Shown piece by piece: positions 14,869 through 24,796 of a stretch of 64,000 nucleotides of DNA (the first letter of the stretch is position 1; each line of letters begins with the position of its first letter). Where the stretch lies: IMG/VR virus record IMGVR_UViG_3300038465_000091, positions 124,001-188,000 of that record; one strand, given 5' to 3'. Position numbers and translations under genes: made by a program. The notes under the pieces were generated by a model. That model saw nothing but the letters and a program-made list of their open reading frames with translations. It was not told the origin of the DNA and made no database searches.

Positions 14869-16243
14869 ATGATGAAGATCGCGATTGTGGGTAGCGGATA
14901 CGTGGGGCTCGTGGCAGGCGCTTGTTTCGCCGAAATCGGGCACGATGTCGTGCTGGTGGACAACGACCCCAAGAAGTTAGCGGTGCTCAGGGCGGGGCAG
15001 TGCCCCATTCACGAAGAACAATTGCCAGAATTGTTGAAGAAACATTTGGGGCGTAAGCTCACGTTTACTGACAACCTTCATCAGGCGGTGAGCGCAAGCA
15101 AGGCTATTTTCATTGCTGTAGGTACGCCAGACGGTGGTGATGGTAAGGCCGACTTGTCCTATGTCGAAGCTGTAGTCCGATCCATCGCGGGGGCGATTAA
15201 CGACTATAAGGTGATCGTGGAAAAATCCACGGTGCCTGTATTGACAAGTGAAGCCATTCGCCAAACCCTCCTGCTTAACGGAGCGGACCCCACCAAATTT
15301 GACGTAGCGTCGAATCCCGAATTTTTGAAAGAGGGTACGGCGGTCGCCGATTTCCTTCGCCCAGATCGGATTGTGATTGGCACCGACAGTGAGCGAGCCA
15401 TCGGTGTCTTACGGGAAATTTATGCCCCCATGGTCGCCAGTGGCTATCGTTTGATCGAAACCAGCACCAAAAGCGCCGAACTCATCAAGCACGCATCCAA
15501 CGCTTTCCTTGCGATGAAAATCAGTTTCGTCAACGCTGTCGCTTCGGTGTGTGAGCAAGTGGGGGCAGACGTGACGGAAGTTGCCGAGGGCGTTGGCGCG
15601 GATAGTCGTATTGGACCGCAATTCCTCAAGCCGGGTATCGGCTACGGGGGTTCTTGTTTTCCCAAGGACTTGATGGCATTCAAAGCTGTCGCGGAACAGA
15701 ACCATTACAAGATCAGGCTGTTGGAAGAAGTCAGCCATATCAACGGCGATCAACAAAAACGGTTCATGAGCAAAATTCGTGAAGCTCTCTGGACGTTGCG
15801 TGGGAAACGGTTGGCGGTTCTGGGGCCTCGCATTCAAGGGAGGCACGGATGACATCCGTGAATCCCCCGCGATCTCGATCATCCAAACGCTCTTGAAGGA
15901 AGGTTGCCACATCGTGGCGTACGACCCCGCCGCCATGGATAATGCTCGCAAGGCGTTTAATGAGTGCTCGACCACGTGTCCTCATAAATGTGATGGGACT
16001 ATCGAGTACGCAACAGACTCATACGCGGCGGCTCGGAACGCAGACGCTTTGTTGATACTGACGGATTGGCCTGAATTTGTGGAATTGAATTTGGACCAAC
16101 TTGAGTTAAAAAACCCTTTGGTGATCGATGGGCGCAACCTGTACGATCCGAAGGTTATGGCGAATCTTGGGTTTACCTACTACAGCGTAGGTCGCCCCAT
16201 AGTGCGCGGCAAGACACCCGAAAAATTGGCAGCAACCGAATAA
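14869..16243 (+). CDS. ugd: UDP-glucose 6-dehydrogenase, split by a one-base frameshift at the G-run 15822-15825
   Basis: GSGYVG Rossmann motif, VEKSTVP, SNPEFLKEG and GYGGSCFPKD in 14869..15852; (L)GLAFKGGTDDIRES and DGRN in 15779..16243. Removing one G joins them. Confidence 0.9.
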
Positions 16244-16353
16244 CGGGTTGTGTCCACCCCACTAACGTGCTATAGTGGTAATACACCACCAGTGGTAACA
16301 TTTTCATTGTAGCAAGTAACTTGACTTCACCAAGAAAAGGAAAAGAGAAAAAT

Positions 16354-17793
16354 ATGAATTTCAAACGTACGTTGTTTTTGGCAGTAATGGCGATGGCTCT
16401 ATCATGTACGGCTTTCGCGTGGAATTGTTCCGATCCTCTGGCATCGCGTGTTGACGTAGGACCAGTCAATCCGGGCGGCTCCGCAGGCGACGGCGACGGC
16501 CAGTGGTTCCTCGGCACAGGTTCCGAAGGCACCAAGGGTGACTACTACGTCTGCGAAGTTCCCAAGAAGTCCACAGGCGGCGGGTCTTCGACCACGAACA
16601 CGAATTCCAACACCAACAATAACTCCAACCAGCAAGGTCAGCAACAAGGTCAGCAACAGGGCCAACAGCAAGGACAGACCGCGAACGGCGGCTCCTCGTC
16701 CAGCACCGCTACGGGCGGCAACGCCACGGGTGGTAATGCGACAGCCACAGGCGGACAGGGCGGAAGCTCTTCGTCCAAGTCTGGCGTAACCAACAGCGGC
16801 AACTCTTCCGCGACAGGTGGTGCGGGTGGGGCTGGCGGTGCAGGTGGTGCAGGCGGTTCAGTGAGTGGTTCAGGTAACTCCACGAACACGAACAACGTGA
16901 ACACGACCGTGGCTCCCGTTATCACTTCGACGAACAAGCTGAGCAACAGCGGCAACTCGTCCAACACGAACAACAACACCGCGAACGGCGGCACGTCGAA
17001 TGCCAACGGCAACGGCTCGAACAACACGACTTCGGCTTCGTCCAACCAGACGCAATCGAACTCTTCGACCAATGCCAATCAGTCGTCAGCTTCTAACCAA
17101 GCGAACGGCAACGGCAGCAACTCGAATAACACCGTCAACAACTCAGTAGTGGAAGCTCCGAAAATTCCGGTTAACACTGCTTACGCTCCGACAACCATCC
17201 CAACGTCACCCTGTCTCAAGTCTTACAGCGGCGGCGGGCAGGGTTCAAGCTTCGGTTTGAGCTTCGGCGGAAGTAAGTCAGACAAGAACTGCCAACTGCT
17301 TGAGCTTGCACGATCCTTTGATTCCATGAACGAGCGTCTGGCAGGCTGCAAGATTAAGGTTGAAGCTGCCAAGAAGATCGCCAAGGATGCCGATGTCACA
17401 GTGGAAGACTGCATGATGCATGAGATGGTCGCCGTTCCAGTTCCTACGGCGCTATTAGCACCTATTGCTGCACCTGCCCCACAGGTGATCGTGGTTCAAG
17501 TGCCAGCGGTCGCGCCCGCTCCCGTCGCTCCAGTCGTCTCGAATGTCATTTCGTCCTTCCAAGGCTTCTACACGCAATTCAACAACGTGGCGAAGGCGCG
17601 GTTCGACGGAACGATTCTCTTGATGAAGAACAACCTCGATGGTCATCTTCGCCTTCGTTTCAACCCCGCAACTGCGGCGGTCGTTGATAGCATTCAAGCG
17701 TACCTGATTGCTAACGGCATTGACCGTGAGCGCATCGAAGCGCGTGATGACGGCCATGAAAAGGGCGTCGAAGTGCTCTTCATCGCTCAGTAG
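16354..17793 (+). CDS. Secreted low-complexity (N/S/G/Q-rich) protein with a Cys-containing domain and a degenerate OmpA-like C-terminus
   Basis: Signal peptide; QQGQ repeats and N/S/G tracts; C-terminal ...IQAYLIANGIDRERIEAR. Confidence 0.65.
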   Translation: MNFKRTLFLAVMAMALSCTAFAWNCSDPLASRVDVGPVNPGGSAGDGDGQWFLGTGSEGTKGDYYVCEVPKKSTGGGSSTTNTNSNTNNNSNQQGQQQGQQQGQQQGQTANGGSSSSTATGGNATGGNATATGGQGGSSSSKSGVTNSGNSSATGGAGGAGGAGGAGGSVSGSGNSTNTNNVNTTVAPVITSTNKLSNSGNSSNTNNNTANGGTSNANGNGSNNTTSASSNQTQSNSSTNANQSSASNQANGNGSNSNNTVNNSVVEAPKIPVNTAYAPTTIPTSPCLKSYSGGGQGSSFGLSFGGSKSDKNCQLLELARSFDSMNERLAGCKIKVEAAKKIAKDADVTVEDCMMHEMVAVPVPTALLAPIAAPAPQVIVVQVPAVAPAPVAPVVSNVISSFQGFYTQFNNVAKARFDGTILLMKNNLDGHLRLRFNPATAAVVDSIQAYLIANGIDRERIEARDDGHEKGVEVLFIAQ

Positions 17794-17810
17794 TCCAGCC
17801 CCTCCCCACG

Positions 17811-17843
17811 ACCCCTCGCCGATCCTTGGCGGGGGGTTTTCTT
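17811..17843 (+). terminator. Intrinsic terminator
   Basis: CCCCTCGCC...GGCGGGGGG followed by TTTTCTTT. Confidence 0.75.
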
Positions 17844-17859
17844 TGTGGTATTATAGGAT

Positions 17860-18132
17860 ATGCAACGACACGACCTGAAAACATGGCCGAAGCAGTTCCG
17901 TGCCATCCTCGCAGGTAGCAAGCGGTATGAACTTCGAGTCAACGACCGCAACTTTCAAGAAGGCGACGAGTTGATGCTGCTGGAATGGGACCCCAAGGCA
18001 GAGAAGTACACGGGGCGGCACATCCTGACGACCGTGACGTACATGACCCGAGGCGGTGAGTTTGGGCTTCCAGAAAATTTGGTGGTAATGTCGCTTGCGA
18101 TTCAGTATTGGAATACGGGGAATGCTGCGTGA
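17860..18132 (+). CDS. ASCH/PUA-like protein (DUF3850 type)
   Basis: HDLKTWP..F.AI..G.K.YELR.NDR.FQ.GD.L.L.EW pattern. Confidence 0.8.
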   Translation: MQRHDLKTWPKQFRAILAGSKRYELRVNDRNFQEGDELMLLEWDPKAEKYTGRHILTTVTYMTRGGEFGLPENLVVMSLAIQYWNTGNAA

Positions 18133-18587
18133 TTCGAAAATGCAAATACGGGCATGAATTGACGCCCGAGAATCTAACTGGAAGAAAGCGGAAACAGTGT
18201 AAACTATGCCGTCGTGCCAGTTGCAAGAAATGGCGTGACGCCCATCTAGACGAACAACACGCTCGAACGTCGGCGTGGAACCGTGCGAATCGTAAAAGGT
18301 GCAACGCCGCCAGTTTGCGTTCCCGACGAAAGAAACGATGCGATTTGACCCCTCAACAGTGGGAACGGACTTTGAGACGCCAGAAGGGTAAATGTGCGAA
18401 TACGGGCTGCCCAAATCCCGCTTCACACGCAGACCATGACCATTTGACGAGGAAATTTCGTGGTGGGCTATGCAATACTTGTAATCTGGCTCTCGGGCAC
18501 CTAAAAGACAGTATTAAACGAATAAGGGGTTTAGCAAACTACCTGCGGAGGCACCTTGCGAAGAACAAAAGCCGGGTTCGTTCTTGA
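18129..18587 (+). CDS. Endonuclease VII-type HNH homing endonuclease
   Basis: CKYGH...CKLC N-terminus; QKGKC...C...DHDH...RGGLCNTCNLALG. Confidence 0.85.
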   Translation: MIRKCKYGHELTPENLTGRKRKQCKLCRRASCKKWRDAHLDEQHARTSAWNRANRKRCNAASLRSRRKKRCDLTPQQWERTLRRQKGKCANTGCPNPASHADHDHLTRKFRGGLCNTCNLALGHLKDSIKRIRGLANYLRRHLAKNKSRVRS

Positions 18588-19122
18588 AAAACTTTTGCAT
18601 GGCATGAAGTACCGTTATATTCTTTGCTGGTCAGGCAATGAAGCCGACATGGAATGGGGCGGGGCTTATGATTGCGCTTGTTGCATCACCTATATAGGCG
18701 AGGACGCTGCCGTAGCGGGCTGTGGCTGCATCTGTCATCAGCGCATTGAAAAGATTGTCCAAAATCCAGACCTACGGATGTTCTTGCTGGCCCTAAGTAG
18801 CTCCGAGGAAATGCCATTCGTCCCCAAGGATTATCCCGACTGGATGACGTACAATCGCAAGCTCAAGCGGGAGCACGATGTCTGGCGCAAAGAAGGTAGT
18901 CCCAACGCTGGCACCTTTGAAGACATCTCCAAGTGCTGCGAAGCCTGTAAGATGGTTGCTGAGATGGAAGTCCGCTTCCAAGAACACCAGAAAGACCCCA
19001 AGAACCAGTGCGGCAAGCCGTGCCACGTCTGTGACGAGGCTAATGCCGCTCACGCAGTCGAGCTAAAGGAGATCAAACTCATCTCCAAGAAGTTTGCCAG
19101 CAAGAAGAAAAAGAGAGACTAA
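18556..19122 (+). CDS. Cys-rich hypothetical protein (true start may be 18604)
   Basis: Multiple CxC/CxxC motifs. Confidence 0.6.
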   Translation: MRRTKAGFVLEKLLHGMKYRYILCWSGNEADMEWGGAYDCACCITYIGEDAAVAGCGCICHQRIEKIVQNPDLRMFLLALSSSEEMPFVPKDYPDWMTYNRKLKREHDVWRKEGSPNAGTFEDISKCCEACKMVAEMEVRFQEHQKDPKNQCGKPCHVCDEANAAHAVELKEIKLISKKFASKKKKRD

Positions 19123-19916
19123 TGAGCAAGCGTAAGAGCAAGCAGGCGGTTAGCCGCCCCATGGTGTTGACGGGTGCCACGAATAAGGGGATGCGGAGCT
19201 ATCAGGAAGACCGACATCTGATGATCTCCGCTGAAGAAGGCTTGATTATGGTCGTCATGGATGGTCATGGCGATGCGGGCTGTGCTCTCCTCTTAGAGAA
19301 GAAATTCTGCGAGGTTTGGGACTCTGTTTTCTCCCCCGAGAAGAGCCCCGACATTCTCTTCAAGGAACTCTTCGATAAGTTCGATATGCTCACTTCATTC
19401 ATGGGCTGCGGGTCCACCATGAGTGTCGCCTTCATCCCGAAAGCTAACACAGGGAAAGAGACTAAAGTTCATGTCGCCATCCTCGGCGACTCCCCGGTGA
19501 TCGTGCAGCAACCAGATGGGACATTCCATGTCAGCCCCGAACATAACGTCCGCACCAACATGGCGGAACGTGCAGCGGCTCAGGCACGCGGCGGCTACTA
19601 CTCCTCGAACGGCTATATTTGCTACGGCCCAGAAGGGCATGGGTTGCAGATGAGTCGAGCTTTCGGCGACCGCGATCTGGGAAAAATCCTTTCCCGCATT
19701 CCCGAGGTCTACACGGTTGAATTGGGTGACTGGGTTCTGGTGGGATCGGACGGACTTCTATCCCCCGGCCACGATGAATCGGGAGTGCAGATGCTTCTTG
19801 ACATCGTGAAGATGATCGAGGAGCAGGATGTCAACGCCGAGGAACTCGTTGATTACGCTGCTAACGTGGTAAAAACAGGGGACAACGTAACGGCGATTTT
19901 GTGGAGGAGATCATGA
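19122..19916 (+). CDS. PP2C-family Ser/Thr protein phosphatase
   Basis: QEDR, MDGHG, GST, GDS, SRAFGD, SDGL and GDNVT motifs in the canonical order. Confidence 0.9.
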   Translation: MSKRKSKQAVSRPMVLTGATNKGMRSYQEDRHLMISAEEGLIMVVMDGHGDAGCALLLEKKFCEVWDSVFSPEKSPDILFKELFDKFDMLTSFMGCGSTMSVAFIPKANTGKETKVHVAILGDSPVIVQQPDGTFHVSPEHNVRTNMAERAAAQARGGYYSSNGYICYGPEGHGLQMSRAFGDRDLGKILSRIPEVYTVELGDWVLVGSDGLLSPGHDESGVQMLLDIVKMIEEQDVNAEELVDYAANVVKTGDNVTAILWRRS

Positions 19917-20137
19917 GTAAGATTGTAAAACGCGAAATGTTCGATGAGGATATGGACAATATAGTTTTGGAGTGTGGTCATGGTCTCATTGCCCACACAA
20001 TCCCGAACCCAATGGTAATTGCCGCAGGATTTCCAGATGCTTCCGTTCCAAAGGATGCTATCGAAATTTCATGTCCCGTCTGTGAATGCAACCCCAGCGA
20101 GCTTTATAACCCTCATCCAGTCCTTAAATGCAGTTAA
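19913..20137 (+). CDS. Small Zn-ribbon hypothetical protein
   Basis: GGAGGAG RBS; LECGH...CPVC. Confidence 0.6.
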   Translation: MSKIVKREMFDEDMDNIVLECGHGLIAHTIPNPMVIAAGFPDASVPKDAIEISCPVCECNPSELYNPHPVLKCS

Positions 20138-22098
20138 ATGAAGAACAGACGCTCGCGGTTGAACACCCGCTCGACGAACCCGCCTGCCTCATCGCAGGCG
20201 CGGGCAGTGGCAAGACCGCTACTATGACCGCCCGAGTCAAATGGCTAATAGCTCATGGCGTCAAGCCCCGCCGTATAGCGGTTATTACGTTCACTAATCG
20301 TGCAGCGGGGGAGCTTGTAGCGCGTATAGGCGTGACCGATCCTCATTCCCCCGATTCTCCGCGTGTTAGCACCATCCACAGCTTGGCCTTATCCGCAATC
20401 CGCAAAAACCCCCTCGGTTTTGGTCTTCAAGAGAGAGTCTCTCCGCTGGATGATTACGATCAGAGTCAGATGATGAAGAAGATCATCGAGCGAGAGAAAA
20501 TTACCGACACAAATCCGTATGCCGTTTTGGAAAAGATTCAGTTTCATCGTGCTCGTGGCGTTGGATTTGTGGTGGACTATACCGAAGAAGTCGCCGAAGA
20601 AGCTGAGCGTATGTACAGTGGGTACCACCTGATGTCGGACACGGATTTGAAGCTTTGGGGATTATACCAAACCGAAAAAACACGAACGAACGTGCTCGAC
20701 TTCGATGACATGATTTTGTTGTGTAATAGGCGGTTTGCAACAGATGAGGATTGGAAACGGCGCATACAAGCGATGTGGGATCATGTGCTTGTCGATGAGG
20801 TTCAAGATATATCGAAGATTCAGTGGCAGTTCATCGAAGGTCTACTCGCACCCGACAACTTTAACCTATTCGTTGTTGGGGATTTGAACCAAAGTATCTA
20901 CTCATTTACCGGGGCGGCACCGTATCTCCTCAAACAATACAGCGAGAACTGGCGAAGTGTAGTTCCTCGCATGTACAAAATCGTCCGCAATCACCGCAGC
21001 GTACCTGAAATCGTTCGATTGGCTAACGTTATTCAATCTAAAATGGGCGAGGGTTCTATTCCGCTAAAAATGGAAAGCTGGCGTGGTGGAAATGGAGAAA
21101 GCGGCAAAATAGAAATCCTCAAAGGGGTCATGGCGTCAGAGATCGCCGCCGATATCGCTGTTGAGATTTTCAAAGACAACGAAAAGTTCCTGCGTGATGA
21201 ACGTACACGTGCCGAAGGTGGGACACCCCGAGAGTCACAAGCGAAACCGATCTCCTATCGAGAAAATTTCATTCTGGTAAGAGCCGCAATCCAGATTCGT
21301 GATATTGAAACTGAGCTAGTAAGGCGCAGAATTCCATACGTCGTGCGAGGAGGTCGGGGCTTACTCCAAACTGAAGAAGTTAGAGATGTACTAGCGTACA
21401 TGCGGTTGGCTACGAACCATAAAGATTTTATGGCTTTCGTTCGAGCCGCTCAGGTGCCTCGACGCGGGTGTGGCGAGGTTGCTTTGGAGAAAATCCGCGC
21501 CATAGCCAATGGTAAATACGACGGTGATCTAATCGCCGCCGCTGAGGGGGATAAAAATGCGAAGATCGCGTCCTTTGGCGGCGTTGTCAGACTCGTCACC
21601 CAATTTAGTGAGAACCCCGTTGCTATGCTTGAACGAACGCTTGCCTTGACCCAGTACACAACTTACATCAGCGACAAGTACAAAAGAGATAGTGGTAAAG
21701 TCAAAACCAAACTTGAGAATCTTGATCGTTTCGGTTCACTCATTGATGGGCTGGTTGCTGACGGCGCGATGACCGCTGAGGACATGATTTTCCAACTCAC
21801 GCTTGATCGTCCGAAAGATGACGATGAGTCGGGAGCCGTCACGATCAGCACAATTCATAGCGCCAAGGGACTAGAGGCCAAAAGAGTCTATGTTAATAAT
21901 GTAACAGAGGGCAGCCTCCCTCACAAATTTTCGTCTGGAAATGAAGAAGAAATTCGCGAAGAGAGGCGTTTGTTTTACGTCGCCTGCACACGAGCACGAG
22001 ATTATCTGATCCTGTGTATTCCTGCCCTGCTTCAGCAGGGTCCCAATGTTACTAACCTTCGGCCATCCCGTTTCTTGATAGAAATCGGCGTTGCCTAG
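20128..22098 (+). CDS. UvrD/PcrA/Rep SF1 DNA helicase
   Basis: AGAGSGKT, ITFTNRAA, DEVQD, VGDLNQSIY, NHRS, TIHSAKGLE and EERRLFYVACTRAR. Confidence 0.95.
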   Translation: MQLNEEQTLAVEHPLDEPACLIAGAGSGKTATMTARVKWLIAHGVKPRRIAVITFTNRAAGELVARIGVTDPHSPDSPRVSTIHSLALSAIRKNPLGFGLQERVSPLDDYDQSQMMKKIIEREKITDTNPYAVLEKIQFHRARGVGFVVDYTEEVAEEAERMYSGYHLMSDTDLKLWGLYQTEKTRTNVLDFDDMILLCNRRFATDEDWKRRIQAMWDHVLVDEVQDISKIQWQFIEGLLAPDNFNLFVVGDLNQSIYSFTGAAPYLLKQYSENWRSVVPRMYKIVRNHRSVPEIVRLANVIQSKMGEGSIPLKMESWRGGNGESGKIEILKGVMASEIAADIAVEIFKDNEKFLRDERTRAEGGTPRESQAKPISYRENFILVRAAIQIRDIETELVRRRIPYVVRGGRGLLQTEEVRDVLAYMRLATNHKDFMAFVRAAQVPRRGCGEVALEKIRAIANGKYDGDLIAAAEGDKNAKIASFGGVVRLVTQFSENPVAMLERTLALTQYTTYISDKYKRDSGKVKTKLENLDRFGSLIDGLVADGAMTAEDMIFQLTLDRPKDDDESGAVTISTIHSAKGLEAKRVYVNNVTEGSLPHKFSSGNEEEIREERRLFYVACTRARDYLILCIPALLQQGPNVTNLRPSRFLIEIGVA

Positions 22099-22163
22099 CT
22101 TTTTGAGTGTACTTTTTAGCCGAAATCAGTGTACACTAGGTAGAATAGCCGCTGGAGGCGAGA

Positions 22164-22427
22164 ATGAGACAGGCTGAGAATAAACAAAAAACCGCCCAGA
22201 TTGAACGACTAAAGCGCAATGCGAAACCAAATGTCAGTCCCGCTGAATTTGCTGGCACCCAGATGGCGAATTTTCTGGAGTTGCTCTCCAAGCAATCCTA
22301 CATACCCGAGTGGTATCGTCGCGATGCCAAGAAACTCTACGAACGGTGGGACTCCATCTGCTCATTCCGCCTGAACAACCCTATCGTGGCGTCGGAACTG
22401 GAAAAGGAACTTTTCCCCAATGGCTAA
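22164..22427 (+). CDS. Hypothetical protein
   Basis: TAGAAT box and GGAGG RBS upstream. Confidence 0.65.
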   Translation: MRQAENKQKTAQIERLKRNAKPNVSPAEFAGTQMANFLELLSKQSYIPEWYRRDAKKLYERWDSICSFRLNNPIVASELEKELFPNG

Positions 22428-22623
22428 GGATTACACGCAAGCCGAGCAGGTCATGGACACCGAACGGTGGACGACCGAGTTTTACATGGACACGCCAGAC
22501 GGTAGAATGAGCGTGAGAATGCCGAATTTTCTATCGAACGTCGAGCAGCAACGCCGCATGAAAGTGATTGAGGGCGCACTCAATGGAAGCGAAAGTACCA
22601 AACCGAAGTCTCTATATGGTTAG
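22420..22623 (+). CDS. Hypothetical protein
   Basis: Overlapping 67-aa ORF. Confidence 0.55.
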   Translation: MAKDYTQAEQVMDTERWTTEFYMDTPDGRMSVRMPNFLSNVEQQRRMKVIEGALNGSESTKPKSLYG

Positions 22624-23044
22624 AGAATTCATCGCCGCCCTACTACTCTCGGTGGTCGCTCAGGCCACACCCACTGTCCAGCATGTTCAGGAACGGGAAC
22701 CCGATTGGGGGTTCGTCCTTCGTGTGGAGGAGTACAAAGCGGTAGCCAACACCAACTACGGCGACACCAACGGTAGAGACCCCTTTCTCCCAGCTTGTGC
22801 CCATACGGTCGATCCGAGACCGGCAAACACACCGAGTCCAACGCTGAGCGATGGTGCTAACGTGGCGGTGAGCTTCATAATAGGTACGGACGGTCGAGTA
22901 TATAGCGTGTTCACGTTAAACGACGCCGACAACAGCCCTAATGCCCAAATCGTGATTAGAACGGTGGAAAGATGGAGATTTCATCCCGGCACATGCAACG
23001 AAGTGCCCGTTGATTCAGAGGGTTTGGTGCTGTTTAAGCGGTAA
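22616..23044 (+). CDS. Secreted protein with a TonB C-terminal-like domain
   Basis: Signal peptide; V.VSFIIGTDGRV......A..V..WRF.PG.C...PV pattern. Confidence 0.7.
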   Translation: MVREFIAALLLSVVAQATPTVQHVQEREPDWGFVLRVEEYKAVANTNYGDTNGRDPFLPACAHTVDPRPANTPSPTLSDGANVAVSFIIGTDGRVYSVFTLNDADNSPNAQIVIRTVERWRFHPGTCNEVPVDSEGLVLFKR

Positions 23045-23045
23045 C

Positions 23046-23336
23046 CTAATTGTCAAAGTAGAAGTCCCACCCAGTCAGAGCGCCTTTTATGTCTTCGTCA
23101 TACTGATCGTCGTAGGGCATCCTGACGTGCCTTTTGGGGTTTTCCAGCAGATCGGCTTTAAGGGCAGCTTCATACTTACGCCAAGCAGTATTGCAAGCGA
23201 TCAAGTATTTGCCGCTCGCTGTCTCAAGGCTTTTCCAGAATTCTTCATCCAGATGTTGCTGCTTCCTACCCTCAGGTTCTACGGGATTGACCACGGCAAG
23301 AGCGGTGGATGGGGTTTGTGCTTTTTTCTTCGCCAT
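23046..23336 (-). CDS. Hypothetical protein
   Basis: 96-aa minus-strand ORF filling the intergenic space. Confidence 0.55.
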   Translation of the reverse strand: MAKKKAQTPSTALAVVNPVEPEGRKQQHLDEEFWKSLETASGKYLIACNTAWRKYEAALKADLLENPKRHVRMPYDDQYDEDIKGALTGWDFYFDN

Positions 23337-23374
23337 GCTACTGTTTAATACCCAAACCGCAGTATTTATAGTAC

Positions 23375-24151
23375 ATGAATAACAATTTTAAGGGCTCTCC
23401 CTTCTGGCAAGAAGTTCGCACTGGTCTCTTTGTGATACGCGATTACGAGTGGCGTAAAGCACTCCTGACACTCCCCGAAATGCTCGATACGGAGTTGGTC
23501 GTCAGGGGACTTCAGACCAATCAGCAGATACTTAGTTCGGGCTTTACTGGACATGCAATTATCCGTGGCCTTCCCGTCGATACCACCCCCAACGCCGATA
23601 TTCTCGCCGCCGCATTGATGCCTGACGGCTACTACAATCAAGAAGCGTTGTTCCTCCAATGGATGTACCACTACTACATTCTCGAAGGCGTGGGCGATGG
23701 CTTCCGCGAGACCCCGCTCGCACAGTGGTCAAAAGGGATGCTCCAAATGATCGAACAAACGCTACATTTCATGGTGTTTGTTTCGGCGGTGATGTGCTTG
23801 CTTGAGGATGGTGTAATCAAGGGAGCCCCGACCAAAGATGGTATGGCCGCTCTTTTGCCGATGGTGCAGTTAAAGATCGAAAAAATCACAGAGACTCTTT
23901 TATCTAAGACCGCCGACTACGGCGAAAGCTTCCGCCGCCACGGGCTACAGGGCACCGTTCCTCGCATCTGGGATAAAATGGCCCGCTACGCCCAACTGAG
24001 TGCTCTAGGCAGAACGGCAAACTACGAACCGAAGGCGGATGCGATCAAGGATTTGCTGGGCTATTGTGTAATTGCATGGAGCCTCGTTTTGGAAGTTTCT
24101 CTTCCCGAAGATTTGCCAGTGGCTCCTACTACTGGTACAATACAAGCATGA
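23375..24151 (+). CDS. Protein with a C-terminal DUF1599-like (nucleotide-modification-associated) domain
   Basis: K..DYG.SF...G..G...RI.DK..R......E...D...DL.GY. Confidence 0.65.
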   Translation: MNNNFKGSPFWQEVRTGLFVIRDYEWRKALLTLPEMLDTELVVRGLQTNQQILSSGFTGHAIIRGLPVDTTPNADILAAALMPDGYYNQEALFLQWMYHYYILEGVGDGFRETPLAQWSKGMLQMIEQTLHFMVFVSAVMCLLEDGVIKGAPTKDGMAALLPMVQLKIEKITETLLSKTADYGESFRRHGLQGTVPRIWDKMARYAQLSALGRTANYEPKADAIKDLLGYCVIAWSLVLEVSLPEDLPVAPTTGTIQA

Positions 24152-24453
24152 GAAAACTCACAAAGAAACGAGACACATTGCTTCGCCAAGCCGCAGCCGC
24201 ACTTCGCAAATCCCTCGATCCCGATCTCAAGATCGTTGCCAAACACCTGAAAGGCGGGCTTGAAGCCGTCAACTATCTTTTCGAGGCGACCGACGCCGCC
24301 CGCAAGAAGGTCCCCACACAATTCGAGATCGAACCCATCACCATTACCAGCACCAACAAGAAAACAACGGGCGACCTTTTGGCCGCAAGGTGGTTGATCG
24401 CTATTGTTTCGGAGCACGCCAGATATGTCATCGAAAATCAAGCTGCCATCTGA
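24148..24453 (+). CDS. Hypothetical protein
   Basis: ATG 6 nt after TACAAT, possibly leaderless. Confidence 0.55.
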   Translation: MRKLTKKRDTLLRQAAAALRKSLDPDLKIVAKHLKGGLEAVNYLFEATDAARKKVPTQFEIEPITITSTNKKTTGDLLAARWLIAIVSEHARYVIENQAAI

Positions 24454-24796
24454 GGAATTTCTCCCACCAGTCACGAAGTACTGCGATACAGTGGGACATC
24501 TCATGTCGGAACTCAGGAGTAGGTTCCCGCTTGATGAACACCACGAGTCGGGCTTGGCTCGGTCGCTCGGTGTTTTCTTGGGGTATTGCTATGGAAAAGT
24601 GGTAGCGGACCTAGAAGCCATCAAACCCTCCCCTGTTTTGACTCGCGAAGAGTGGGATGTAGCCTCGGAGGAAATAAAACGAGTACATCTGCGCTGGCAA
24701 TCGAATTTGAAATACATTAAGCAGAGGAACCGCCACTACGTTGAGATGGTCGGTTATCGGGGACTATCGAATGACAATGCCGAACTGGAGACGTAA
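24425..24796 (+). CDS. Hypothetical protein
   Basis: In track ORF 24404..24796. Confidence 0.55.
   Translation: MSSKIKLPSEEFLPPVTKYCDTVGHLMSELRSRFPLDEHHESGLARSLGVFLGYCYGKVVADLEAIKPSPVLTREEWDVASEEIKRVHLRWQSNLKYIKQRNRHYVEMVGYRGLSNDNAELET

Noticed and set aside
15822-15825. Programmed frameshift or phase variation in ugd
   Set aside because: The site is a single extra G in a 4-G run, with no slippery heptamer or stimulatory structure seen. A homopolymer sequencing error is more likely; raw reads would decide.
16630-16860. Short tandem DNA repeats (CAGCAAGGT-like, GGTGC(A/G)GG-like) as regulatory repeats
   Set aside because: Fully explained by QQG and GGA amino-acid repeats in the coding frame.
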